64,000 nt of DNA, from assembly GCA_051294375.1 (NCBI GenBank), contig CM119264.1:6201110-6265109 (forward strand), read 5' to 3'. The position numbers and the translations under genes are program-made. Below are positions 30,201-41,970 of the stretch, piece by piece. The stretch comes from Paraspadella gotoi. Taxonomy: Eukaryota > Animalia > Chaetognatha. Numbering within the stretch: position 1 is the first letter of the stretch; every line of letters begins with the position of its first letter. The notes under the pieces were generated by a model. The model saw only the letters and a program-made list of their open reading frames with translations, did not search any database and was not told the origin of the DNA.

Positions 30201-33200
30201 GAGGCAAGTCATCTTTAGTGCCTTCAAAACCTTCAAAAATGCTTTTATGGTTACTGCCAAAATTTCCCCACGCTTTTTCGCTCACTTTTATGACCCTAAA
30301 ACGCGCGAAGACTCATAAAAAGGTTTTAATTTTATTTTTCACCGATCACAAACGCATTTTCGCCCGAAATTAAAAAAAAAANNNNNNNNNNNNNNNNNNN
30401 NNNNNNNNNNNNNNNNNNNNNNNNNNNNNNNNNNNNNNNNNNNNNNNNNNNNNNNNNNNNNNNNNNNNNNNNNNNNNNNNNNNNNNNNNNNNNNNNNNNN
30501 NNNNNNNNNNNNNNNNNNNNNNNNNNNNNNNNNNNNNNNNNNNNNNNNNNNNNNNNNNNNNNNNNNNNNNNNNNNNNNNNNNNNNNNNNNNNNNNNNNNN
30601 NNNNNNNNNNNNNNNNNNNNNNNNNNNNNNNNNNNNNNNNNNNNNNNNNNNNTTTTTTTCTCTTCGAATCTTCGAGTTTGAATTTTCGCGCGCGAATTTC
30701 TCGCCTCTCGACTTGAGAATCGAAAAGGGAAGAGAGAGCGAGAGAAGAAGTGGAAATGAATGAGAACCAAAAATGAACTGGGATTTCGGAAATGAACAAA
30801 TTTAATTTAAATGTCATGGGACAACGATAAAGAAAAAAAGATGAATTTAAATATGAATGATGATGAATCTGCTCAACTTGGACAATGTTAAATTCACGGG
30901 AACACTCTCATAAACAAACACAAACAAAAATAGAAAAAACAGTTAAAATTTCACATGTATATGTTTTTATCTGTCAATATCTTTCAAGAAAACTTTTTAG
31001 AAAACTTGCGTTGTTTCCGGAAGGCAACACAAACATCTTCCTGAATAGTTTTACATTTAGATAATTAAAAAGAAAAAAGAAAAAATCGAAAGAAAGTTGT
31101 TAAAAGATAAAATCTTAAAATAATGAAAAAAAGTCATTTTTAAATTTTCAAATCAATCGATTGTTTCCCAAATTNNNNNNNNNNNNNNNNNNNNNNNNNN
31201 NNNNNNNNNNNNNNNNNNNNNNNNNNNNNNNNNNNNNNNNNNNNNNNNNNNNNNNNNNNNNNNNNNNNNNNNNNNNNNNNNNNNNNNNNNNNNNNNNNNN
31301 NNNNNNNNNNNNNNNNNNNNNNNNNNNNNNNNNNNNNNNNNNNNNNNNNNNNNNNNNNNNNNNNNNNNNNNNNNNNNNNNNNNNNNNNNNNNNNNNNNNN
31401 NNNNNNNNNNNNNNNNNNNNNNNNNNNNNNNNNNNNNNNNNNNNNNNNNNNNNNNNNNNNNNNNNNNNNNNNNNNNNNNNNNNNNNNNNNNNNNNNNNNN
31501 NNNNNNNNNNNNNNNNNNNNNNNNNNNNNNNNNNNNNNNNNNNNNNNNNNNNNNNNNNNNNNNNNNNNNNNNNNNNNNNNNNNNNNNNNNNNNNNNNNNN
31601 NNNNNNNNNNNNNNNNNNNNNNNNNNNNNNNNNNNNNNNNNNNNNNNNNNNNNNNNNNNNNNNNNNNNNNNNNNNNNNNNNNNNNNNNNNNNNNNNNNNG
31701 AGAGAGAGGCTGATGGATTTCTGATGAATTTCCGTGGGAAAGAGAGTTGGAGCTCACTTATTACCTGGCTATTAGTAATTGCAGTTCGCTCGCTCTTTTC
31801 GTTCGTTCGTTCTGTATCATGAAGACATAATTAGACAATAGACATAGCAACATCCACTTTTTATTTATTTTCTACGTATACTTCGGCCCAGAATCGTTAT
31901 CAACTCGCTTGACGGATACTTTGCACGGTATTTACGACTGAGTGGCCGGTTCCCCGGACAGAGTCCCGTCTTGAGCCCCTGATTTTTGTCCGGTTTTGTA
32001 CGAAAACGAGACACGAGAATTTCTTCAATCTTTTGCCATTTACGACCTCAGTTTTCCTTGGCCCTGAACGGGCACCTCATTCTAGCCCTGTCAAGAGGTA
32101 AGGTTGCGATCACTTTTTACACACTCTCTCTCTCTCTTTCTCTCTCTTTCTCTTTCTCTCTCTTTCTCTCTCCCCCTCTCTCTCTGAATTATTTCGCTAA
32201 TTAAAACTGGAAAGAAACATGAACTGCCTTTAAGATTAAAAAAAGAATAATAAATATCCCAAAAATAAACTAAAAACGAGAAAAGTGGCAACTTAATCTT
32301 CTTCGGCTCAATTAATCCTCCCCCCCTCTCCTCCGGCCCCGGATGATAACGACGACAACAACAACAACAGCCTCATCAACGAATAGCCCATTTTTTTTCT
32401 TACACCCAAATCACCCAAATAACCAAATCGATTTACTTCACTCGAGTCACCGACGGAAGTGAGTCAAGGAATCTGTGTCTCTCATCCAAGGACGACGGCC
32501 CCTGGCGGTTTTCGTCGTCTTCGTTATCGTCGTTGTCGTAGTCGTGGTCGTCGTTGTAGTCGTTATCTTCTCTTCACAAATTTCACGTGAGCAAATTTTT
32601 TTTTCACTTTCCGACGGAACCGCGTTTCCTTGACAATTGACAGGCTAATTAAGGGTAACTCGGTCAACCCCCGTCATTAACATATTTTTTTTACTTTTTA
32701 GTGAGTAAATTTGTTAATCTATTAAAGTTTGTAAATATTCGCAGAAAGTTTCATTGAAATTTTTTTCATGCTAGAGTTAACGGCGAACCGCACTATATAA
32801 AAAAAAAATAATAGACTCTTTAAAGAGTTTTTCCCTAAAAAAAATTGTGATTCGCCTCACGAACTAAGGGTATAGGTCTCTGCTACATTCATCCAATTTC
32901 GATTAAAAATTCCCCCCAATAGATCGATCAGTCACGCTCTCCGGAATTTTGTGAAAGCTAATAACTACCGACCTCTTTTCGGGCGCGAAGACATTCTTGG
33001 CGAAATTCCCCCGTGCGAAACTTTGTACTTTTTATCGTTTCAATTTTAAAAAGGATTTTTTTCGGAGGGATTTTTTTCTCCTTTTTGTACAAGTTTTGCG
33101 TGTGTGCCTTTTATTAATCTTCTAAAACTATTTTCCGCGCCGACGACCTTCCTTTCCTNNNNNNNNNNNNNNNNNNNNNNNNNNNNNNNNNNNNNNNNNN

Positions 33201-33601
33201 NNNNNNNNNNNNNNNNNNNNNNNNNNNNNNNNNNNNNNNNNNNNNNNNNNNNNNNNNNNNNNNNNNNNNNNNNNNNNNNNNNNNNNNNNNNNNNNNNNNN
33301 NNNNNNNNNNNNNNNNNNNNNNNNNNNNNNNNNNNNNNNNNNNNNNNNNNNNNNNNNNNNNNNNNNNNNNNNNNNNNNNNNNNNNNNNNNNNNNNNNNNN
33401 NTCTCTCTCTCTCTCTCTCGTTTTTAAGCTTTGACATAAAATTGATGAGGGTAGTCTCTCGCCCGGTCCTTTGCATAAACTCGATTATATAGAGAGAGGG
33501 ACGAAGGTTAATAGTATTAATTCTTTTGAACGTTAAATAAATTAAATGGGGCTGAGAATTATGGGTAAGAGACGATCATTTTTAGAAAGAGTCAATAAAT
33601 A

Positions 33602-34175
33602 CAGTCCTGTGCAAAGAAAAGAGGACACTCTTAAATAACGCGTGTTTTATGCATGTATTCAAAAAAATTTTAATTGGTTAATATAAATTTTTAAAAGTAG
33701 AATCTATATATGTAAGTTTTAAAAAAAATTCAAGAGCTATAACAACCAAAAAACAAAAAAAATAGGCGAAAAAACATTTTTGGAGATCTAAAAAAATGAG
33801 GATGCCGTTCAGTTTTGATTTTTAGGCGTTGTATTCATGTATCATAAAAAATTAGGCATGGAAAGAGTTCTTTTTTGAAAGAGGAATAAATATCTATATG
33901 TTAAAAAAAAATCGGTTTAATCATTCCAGAGATATGGTAACTTAAAAACAAAGGGTTAAAATATGTAATTTTTTCTCTTTGTTTGAGTAGTTACTTTTAA
34001 AAAAAATCATTGCTAAATTTGAACCAAATAATTGATAAATTTGAACCAAATTTGCTCCAATGGTTCTTATTTCTATAAAGTTTATTGAACTATAATATTT
34101 TTCAAAATTTAAGAATCTAACAAGATTTATTTGTGCAATATTTTAGGTGTCCTATTTTTTTTTTGCACAGGTCTG
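33602..34175. mobile_element. Tc1/mariner-type non-autonomous element (MITE)
   Basis: TA|CAGTCCTGTGCAAAGAAAAGAGGACAC ... GTGTCCTATTTTTTTTTTGCACAGGTCTG|TA. Imperfect ~27-bp TIRs with a TA duplication. Confidence 0.75.
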
Positions 34176-34439
34176 TAGAATAATTTGAATCTTTCTCTCA
34201 GAGTTAGAAAGATGAATTAAACACTTTCCACGAAATCCTTAACCTAACACAAACTTTAATCATGAAGGGTCGCGTCATAGAAATGGACGACATCGCGGGA
34301 GACGTAACGCGGTCCTTGTCACCGTATCTGGCGGAAGGTGGGCGGTGTTAACGTGAGGGAAGTTACCGTCGGTTCCCGGGGCTTTGATATAGAAAAAAAC
34401 GGCCGTGTCAAAACATGGCGGAATTTTAAGATATGGAGA

Positions 34440-34506
<67 letters not shown>

Positions 34507-34780
34507 TTCTCTCCCCCTCTATTGTTACTACGTACGACAGGAATATCCAAGCCGGCCAAACACATACGCCTCATAAATTGGTCATTGCGTCCAATTTTGA
34601 CCGGAAGACCGCTAAGGAAATGGGATCGGCTTGTGATAGAGGAAGGCGGGTCAGGTAAGGTGAGTTACACGGATCGACCGACCGGCCCATATCCAAACAT
34701 ATCGTCTTATTTCCCGTTCCACTCCTCGGTTCCCTCTCTCAATATCCCTTTTACGTCGTCCTCTAATCCTCTGGAACAAA

Positions 34781-34825
34781 ATGGCGCCAAAGCATGGGCG
34801 CGGCGGCGCGCTGGCGGCGAGAAAT
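34781..34825 (+). CDS. Candidate first coding exon of the DPP6/10-like gene
   Basis: caaaATGG context; MAPKHGRGGALAARN; |gtaaac phase-0 donor compatible with the 35745 acceptor. No homology support. Confidence 0.35.
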
Positions 34826-35020
34826 GTAAACAAAAGATAAAAAAAAACTTGAGCCGAGTCCGTAACAAATGGAATTTGCCAGGAAACAAACGCAAAACAA
34901 AAAAGAAAACTCGTTGAAGATATAAAAAAAAAAACCCGTTAGGTCATTAAATCCCTCTCTCGGCCCAAATAGGAACATCTGTTTTCGTTTTACGAGGGGA
35001 AAACAGGTGGCGACAGAGTC

Positions 35021-35105
35021 AAGGGAGTTTAAAAAAACAAAAAAAACAAAAGGGCCTTTCGTGAAGGGAGTTTAAAAAACAAAAAAAAACAAAAGGGCCT
35101 TTCGT
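35021..35105 (+). repeat. ~43-bp tandem duplication
   Basis: AAGGGAGTTTAAAAAA.CAAAAAAAA.CAAAAGGGCCTTTCGT occurs twice. Confidence 0.85.
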
Positions 35106-35744
35106 TACGGACGAATGACACTCAAAGCCTTTGTCAAAGGCTATTTTTGCCCTTTTAAGCTTTTAACTTTGTTTTACTTCTTTTTAACTTTGAATTTTTT
35201 TTGTGTCGGAAACTCGGATGTTGGGGACTTGACTTTTATGAAATTGGGATAGAAAGGCAAGGATGGTCTGGCGATGTCGACTTTACCAATGACAAATCTG
35301 GCGGACACAATTCTATTTTAAGCAAGTCGGAGCGATTCGTACAAGGCATCGATAAAGTAAATGTGAAAATATGGAACTGGAACCGAAGAAGACGAATGAG
35401 AAAGTTAAATTTAGAATTGAGAATAAAAAATGCTGAATATAAGATGGTTGAAGTTGTGGTGGTTGAGAGAGACAATTTAAATATTAGGTCGCTCACTCGT
35501 ATGAGAATGATGCCGACGATAACTCATGACTCATATGCTCAATAAATTAAAACAATAATTATTTGCCATCATTGAGTGGGTGTTTCAATTAATTAAGGTT
35601 TGACAAAGGGTCTATTGAAGCGAAATGACAATCTATTCTTAATTTGTAAATATGAAATGAGATCTATTTCTTCATTTTTTTAAAAATAAAAATAAAATTA
35701 AACGAAGCATTTCCCCCCCCCCCTTATTTTCTTTGATCCCAAAG

Positions 35745-35859
35745 GAACTGATGGGAACTCAACAAGACTCGCGAAACTGGAAGGGAATCGTTCTGGCATT
35801 GCTGGTGATTCTGCTGGTGGTGGCGTTGGTTTGCGTGGCCGTCGCTTTACTCACTCCTG
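35745..35859 (+). CDS. DPP10: DPP6/DPP10-like (DPP IV / S9B family) exon: juxtamembrane + transmembrane anchor
   Basis: ccaaag| acceptor; ELMGTQQDSRNWKGIVLALLVILLVVALVCVAVALLTP; |gtaagt donor, phase 1. RNWKGI..ALLVIL...LLTP is the characteristic DPP6/DPP10 TM segment. DPP6 vs DPP10 orthology cannot be resolved by eye. Confidence 0.93.
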
Positions 35860-37398
35860 GTAAGTCGCTCCTTCTCTTCCTCTTTACCCATGCCGTTCGC
35901 GTGAACCGAAAACCGATTATAATTACTTTTCTTTTCAATGAATTTTTTTTTTCGCCAAATCTTTTAAAAGCACAAAATATGCTCGTTTGAAAATTTGTTG
36001 TTGAAATGAACGAGATTTCATTTTCTCTCACATTCTCTTTTAATGGCATGCGCTCAGAATATGGTAATGCGCTCTCAGAAAAGAGGCGTATTTTTTTTTC
36101 AGGAATTTTCTCGGGCTAATCAGTAGTTGCATGAATGTAAAAGAAAGTCCTAGTTTTGAACGCGGTTTTCAGCCCTAAATTAAACACGGGAATCTAGTAA
36201 GAAAATAAAGAATTTTTAAAACGGTAACGATTATTGCCATTTATGGCTGAAATGACCCGTTCTACAATGACGTCACGTGCATAACGTTTGTGTGTCCTTG
36301 AGTTTTTGTGTTTAGCCGATCGTTGCAACCTAGAAATTTTGCGTAAAACTTAAAAAAAAAAAGACTAACTTTTGGATTTTGTTATTTTGCACTGAGATTT
36401 GTTTTCACGTAGCGAATGATAATATTGTTCGAGGAAAGTAACCCAAGCGAAAGGAATTGGAAAAAAAAGCGTTTCATAGTCTTGGCTTTAATGCATACTT
36501 TACAATGTGCCAAAAGCATTTGCCAATGTAGTATTTGATAATTATTACGAGCAAAAAAGGTTTTCTTTGATTTTCACTACGAAGTTATAGGAGTTAGGAC
36601 AAGAGAAAGGTCAGGATGAAGGTGAGTCTGAAAAGAAATGAAAGGTCAGGTAACAACATTAACGAAAGGTTAATAATGATTTGAATAATTACGATAAAAA
36701 TGTAAAATTTGAGAAAAAAAAAATATTTGAAATTCAACGAAAATTTTTTTGTTTGCTCGTAACTCTTTTCAACGAAAAAAAAGAATCTACTTGTTTTAAA
36801 TTTATTTGTTTTAAATATGTATAATAAATATTTGTTTTAATTATAATAAATATTTGTTTTAAATATTAAATATTCTCAGAATCGAACAACCATGAATTAT
36901 TTCATGGATTCTGACGGCTTTTGTAATGCTCTAAAATTTCGCTTTTTCAAATGAAAATATTTAAATCGACAAAATCTTACCCTGCCATCTTTAAATGAAT
37001 TGAATCAAAAAAATATACACTTTATTGAATGCACGTAATTAAGCATTCATTACTGAATGTTATTGCTTAACATTCATAATAATTGATTGTTAGACTTACC
37101 CCATTGAACTTATGTCCACAACAAGCATTGTTTAACAAGCTCGTTGTAAGACTAAGACTAAGCTTTGTTAAATTTTCTTCCATGATAGTGAATTTCATAT
37201 TCCTTACCGTCGTACGTGCATCTCGCACGCAACCTTTGCACATCGCAAGTGCATCAAATTTCAGAAACTCTGCTGATCTGACCCGCAAAATTAATGCATT
37301 TTTTTATTATTAACTTTTGAATATTGTTATTTCTTCCAAGCACGAATTCACTTCTTGTAACATTTAAAAAAAAAAAGAATCCTCACACGATTTGTTCT

Positions 37399-37789
37399 TG
37401 TAGCGGCAAGATTTGACCGTTATGACGTTTGCCTCCTGAATATAAGGGGGTTCTAGCCCTTTTCGAAGTTGAGTGAGCCAGGCCGGTAAACCCGCTTATT
37501 GCATATGGACAGGAATTATAAACTGCTTACTTATGTACGCGAATATCCTTAACAGTGGACCGCAGACTAATAATTCGTCTATGGAACACTAATAAGCAAA
37601 CAATATGTAAATAACAAGCTAATAAACAAATAATAAAAACTTTATTTAATTATTTGTAAGCAGTTTAAAGTCAAGCTTTTGGAGCCGAGTTTATGAGACG
37701 CTTTATGACAAACAATATTCGTAATTTACTCGACTTGAACGAGAAATTGTTGCGGCCTTGTCACCAAAACCAACCTTGGTTTCGCTACA
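37399..37789 (+). mobile_element. Possible solo LTR
   Basis: TGTAGCG...CGCTACA termini, internal TATAAG and AATAAA. Flanks GTTCT/GTTTA match only partly. Confidence 0.35.
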
Positions 37790-37990
37790 GTTTAAAAACA
37801 ACAAACCATGAAACCGTTATATTAACTGTCGTTCCCTTTGAAAGCTTTAATCAAAAAAAATTCTCGTTTGTGAAGTCAACTCCTTTTTTTTATATTCGTC
37901 GCGCATTCGATTTCGCGCGTGCGAAAAATTCAAATAAAAAATAAACAAACAAATATTAAAACTAAACTATTTTTATTTATTTCCGCTCAG

Positions 37991-38058
37991 ACGCGAACGA
38001 CAATCGACTGAAAGGCCCACGATTGGCTTTCGGACGATCTTTCGGGGAAAAGCTCAAG
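37991..38058 (+). CDS. DPP10: DPP6/DPP10-like exon (stalk)
   Basis: ccgctcag| acceptor; (D)ANDNRLKGPRLAFGRSFGEKLK; aag|gtgcac donor. 68 nt bridges phase 1 to phase 0, matching both neighbours. Confidence 0.7.
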
Positions 38059-38234
38059 GTGCACAACGGGTCACCGAGAAAAACTGTTTTTGTCTTTCAA
38101 AAGTAATGCAGCAAAGGACTGTAAAATCGCATAAGAATAAGATCAAATGGTATTAGCCTTGAATGACTTTACTCACGCGAACTGCATTTAAAAATATTAT
38201 TGATGCGTTAATCCTTTCTTTTTCGTTGTTTCAT

Positions 38235-38460
38235 AGGTAATTAGACAGAGAGCAAAGAAATTTTGAATTTAACAACGATTTTATGATTAGGTGGACATGT
38301 TTCGCTTGCTTATTTCAAAGCCCTTCTATTCAGCATGATGGACGATCAATAATAAATTTTGTGGGCAAAAGAAGAGTTGTCGGAAGAGAGAGAGTCGGAG
38401 AGGGTAAAGTTTTTCCAACAAGAGTGGTGGAGACGTAATAGTAGGTCAGATTGAGAAGGT
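38235..38460 (-). repeat. Noisy inverted copy of ~38650-38890, including an antisense hammerhead remnant
   Basis: GGACATGTTTCGCTTGCTTATT is the reverse complement of AATAAGCAAGCCGAAACATGTCC (one base short). Confidence 0.7.
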
Positions 38461-38756
38461 TGAAGGGAGGACAGATTGAGGTGAGTTGCTGAAAAAGAAG
38501 TGAAACTGTTAAAGGGAGAGAGGAGAGAGGAGAGAAGAGAGAGTGAGAGAGGAGAGAAACAAACAACAACAGAGTTATAAATAAATAAAAGATACATTTT
38601 TGCATGTACACCAAAGTAAGGAGTTTGAAAAACTAACATTTGGAGAAATTTACCTTAACTGTCTACATCTGAACCATTTTCTGTCTCAACTTTGTTGGAA
38701 AACTTTTACCCTCTCTCTCTCTCTCACACTCTTCTTTTGCACAATTTATTATTGAA

Positions 38757-38810
38757 TAGTATATGCTGATGAAGGCTTGTAATAAGCAAGCCGAAACATG
38801 TCCCAAACTA
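38757..38810 (+). ncRNA. Second hammerhead ribozyme of the same family (stem I degenerate)
   Basis: CUGAUGA-A-GGCUUG(uaauaag)CAAGCC-GAAA-CAUGUC. Perfect 6-bp stem II, GUC triplet, and the same downstream ACTAATAAAA..ATCGTTG..TCATAACGA tail as the 51275 copy. Confidence 0.68.
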
Positions 38811-39095
38811 CTAATAAAAAAATCGTTGTTAAATTCAAAATTCTTTGCTCTCTCTAAAAATATTATCATAACGACCGAATATTACCCATGGGGCAATTAT
38901 GACTTAAAATGACGTAATAATGACGTAAAATTTATGTAAAATCGAAAGAAAAGTAAACAAACAAACAAACAAACAAACATAAGAAAATACAGATAAATGT
39001 TTTTCATCGAGAGGAAAATCTTCTCCCCCTCCTCCTCATCCTCCCTAACCCCCTTCCCCTCCTCCTTCCCTCCTTCCCTCCCACCCTCCCCTTAG

Positions 39096-39221
39096 CCCCG
39101 CGGCTTCGACGGCTACTGGGTCTCCGACTCGGAAATCGTTCACCGAAATTCACACGACGCGATCGTCGTGAGAAACGCGGAGACGTTGGAGACAGTCGAG
39201 CTCATGGACAACACGACTTTC
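39096..39221 (+). CDS. DPP10: DPP6/DPP10-like exon (start of beta-propeller)
   Basis: cccttag|; PRGFDGYWVSDSEIVHRNSHDAIVVRNAETLETVELMDNTTF; |gtgagt. Resembles the family W..D.E.....G......N.ET....L..NTTF pattern. Confidence 0.9.
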
Positions 39222-39487
39222 GTGAGTCGCGGTGGTTGGGGGATTGGTGATATCTATGATGGACGATCAATGATATTCCTATGTGCTGGGGATTGATGAT
39301 ATTTTCGAGCGATGATAATGGAATTGAATAGGAAATACTTCCGACGGTGATGGACAGGTAATATTTATGAGGCTTGGAGGATTAATGATATTCCTAAAGC
39401 GGGGCTTTCGGCTTTACTGTAGGGGATCAATACTGTAAGAAAACGTAAATATATCTATTTTCATTTGTGACCATTTAAATGTGACAG

Positions 39488-39568
39488 CGTTCGCTGGGTG
39501 ATTCTCGCCTCAAATACTCGACGTCCGGAGATCGGAAATTCGTCCTCGTCGTTCACAACGAAAAACCA
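39488..39568 (+). CDS. DPP10: DPP6/DPP10-like exon
   Basis: gtgacag|; RSLGDSRLKYSTSGDRKFVLVVHNEKP; |gtgagt. Phase 0/0; matches the S.D.KYVL motif. Confidence 0.88.
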
Positions 39569-39691
39569 GTGAGTGTGATTTTTTTTGACATTTTACAAAT
39601 AACAAAGACAAGAACGTGAAACAATTCGTCAGGACAGAAATGTTGCTACAAATACATCGACGACGAAATTGATTCTAATCCTTTTTCGCAG

Positions 39692-39744
39692 GTGTTTCGT
39701 CACAGCACCGTCGCTTACTACAAAATTTTCACGGTCAACAACAA
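39692..39744 (+). CDS. DPP10: DPP6/DPP10-like exon
   Basis: tttcgcag|; VFRHSTVAYYKIFTVNN; |gtgagc. Matches the DPP4-family (W/F)RHSYTASY.IY motif. Confidence 0.9.
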
Positions 39745-39863
39745 GTGAGCAGAATTTTTATTCGATAACATTAAAAAAAATATATATATATTTCGTTATC
39801 GTTTCCCAAAGTTTTCGACGTTTATTTTTTTTCCATCCNNNNNNNNNNNNNNNNNNNNNNNNN

Positions 39864-41970
39864 ATCCACTTTTATCTTTTGTCAACTCCATTCATTATTT
39901 TTGAATCTTCTGTCAACTCTCATATCTCTTCAAACCTTTTCATTACTTCCTCCATCCATCCTGCATCTTCCACTTCTCAACTCTTTTCATCTTGTCAACT
40001 CGCCATCTCAATCTCTTTTCATCTTTGTCAACTCTCATTCTCAATTCTATCTTTTCATCTTTCTCAACTCATCTAAATCTTTATTATTCATCTCGAACTC
40101 TTTCTCAAACTCAATCTCAATCTCTCATCTCTTTTCATCTTTCGTTAAACTCCATCTCACTCTTTTCTTCTTCGTCAACTCCATCTCAATCTCTTTTCAT
40201 CTTTGTCAACTTCCATTCAATCTCTTTATTCTCGTCAACTCCATCTCAATCTTTTCATTCTTCGTCAACTCCATCGTCAATCTCTTTTCATCTTCGTCAA
40301 CTCCATCTCAATCTTCATCTTCGCATCTTCGCATCAACTCTTTTCATTCGTCTCAAATCTCTTTTCATCTTTGCTCAACCTCTATTCTCAATCTCTTTTC
40401 ATCTTTGTCAACTCATCTCAATCTCCTTTCATCTTTGTCAAACTCCATCTCAATCTCTTTTCATTTTCGTCAACTCATCTCAATCTCTTTTCACTCTTGT
40501 CAACTCCATCTCAATCTCTTTTCTTTTCAACTCTATCTTCATCATCTTTTCATCTTTGTCCAACTCCTTCAATTCTTTCATCTTGTCAACTCCTTCTCAA
40601 TCTCTTTTCACTTCGTCAACTCCATCCATCTCTTTCCTTATCAACTCTATCTCAATCTTTTTCATCTTTGTCTCAACTATCCATACTCTTTTTATCTCTC
40701 GCACATCCATCTCAATCTCTTTTTCATCTTTGTCAACTCATCTCAATCTCTTTCATCTTCGTCAACTCCATCTCAAACTCTTTTCATCTTCGTTCAACTC
40801 CATCTCAATCTTTTCATCTTCGTTCAACTCCATCTCACTCTTTATCTTTCAACTCCATTTCAATCTTTCATCTTCGTCAACATCCATCTCAATCTCTTTT
40901 CATCTTCGTCAACTCCATCTCAATCTCTTTTCATCTTTCTCAACACTCATCTCAATCTTCTTCGATCTTCGTCAACTCCATCTCAATCTCTTTTCATCTT
41001 TTCAAACTCATCATCAATCTCTTTTCTTCTTCGTCAACTCCATCTCAATCTCTTTTCATCTTCGTCAACTCCATCTCAATCTCTTTTCGATCTTTCTTCA
41101 ACTCCATCATTCAATCTTCTTTTCATCTTCGTCAACTCCATCTCAAACTCTTTTCATCTTTGTAACTCCATCTTCAATCTCTTTTCATCTTTCCATCCAC
41201 TCATCTTTCATCATTCTCAACTCCATCTCTCAACTCTTTCATCTTGCTCAACTCCATCTCAATCTCTTTACTTTCCAACTCTATTCTCAATCTCTTTTCA
41301 TCTTTCTCAACTCCATTTCAAACTCTTTTCATCTTCGTCCAACTCTCATCTCAATTCTCTTCTTCTTCGTTCAACTCCATCTCAATCTCTTTTCATCTTT
41401 GTCAACTCCATCTCAACATCTTTTCATCTTCGTCAACTCCATCTCAATCTCTTTTCATTTCTGTCCAACTCCATCTCATCTCTTTTCATCTTCGTCAACT
41501 CCATCCTCAATCTCTTTTCATCTTTCTCAACTCCACTCAACTCTTTTCTCTTCGTCAACTCCATCTCAAACTCTCTTTCATCTTCGTCATCCATCTCAAT
41601 TCTTTTCATCTTCTAACTCTCATCGCTCAATCTTTTTCATCTCGTCAACTCCATCTCCATACTCTTTTCATCATTCGTCAACTCTCATCTTCAAATGCTC
41701 ATTTTCATCTTTCTCACTCTCTCATCTCTTTCTATCTTCGTCAACTCCATTTCAATCTCTTTTATTCCTATCATATCTTATCTGACTCCATCTCAATCTC
41801 TTTATCATCTTCGTCAACTCCATCTCAATCTCTTTTTCTTCGTAAATCATCTCAATCTCTTTTTCATCTTGTCAACCCTTCAATCTCTTTTCATGCTTCT
41901 CAACTCCATCTCAATCTCTTCATCTCGTCAACTCATCTCAAAACTCTTTTCATCTTCGTCAACTCATCTC
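39864..41970 (+). repeat. 31-bp tandem satellite, noisy
   Basis: Consensus CATCTTCGTCAACTCCATCTCAATCTCTTTT (e.g. 40901-40931) repeated over ~2.1 kb with scattered 1-bp indels. Confidence 0.93.

Noticed and set aside
31721-31745. CTGATGA...GGAAA as a third hammerhead
   Set aside because: The GAAA is tied up in the putative stem, and no stem III or cleavage triplet arrangement follows.
39901-41785. 570-600 aa Ser/Phe/Leu ORFs in several frames
   Set aside because: Product of a 31-bp satellite lacking stop codons on +; the period is not a multiple of 3 and the same peptides recur in all frames.
39864-41970. CRISPR-like regular repeat
   Set aside because: Units are head-to-tail with no unique spacers, there are no cas genes, and the context is eukaryotic.
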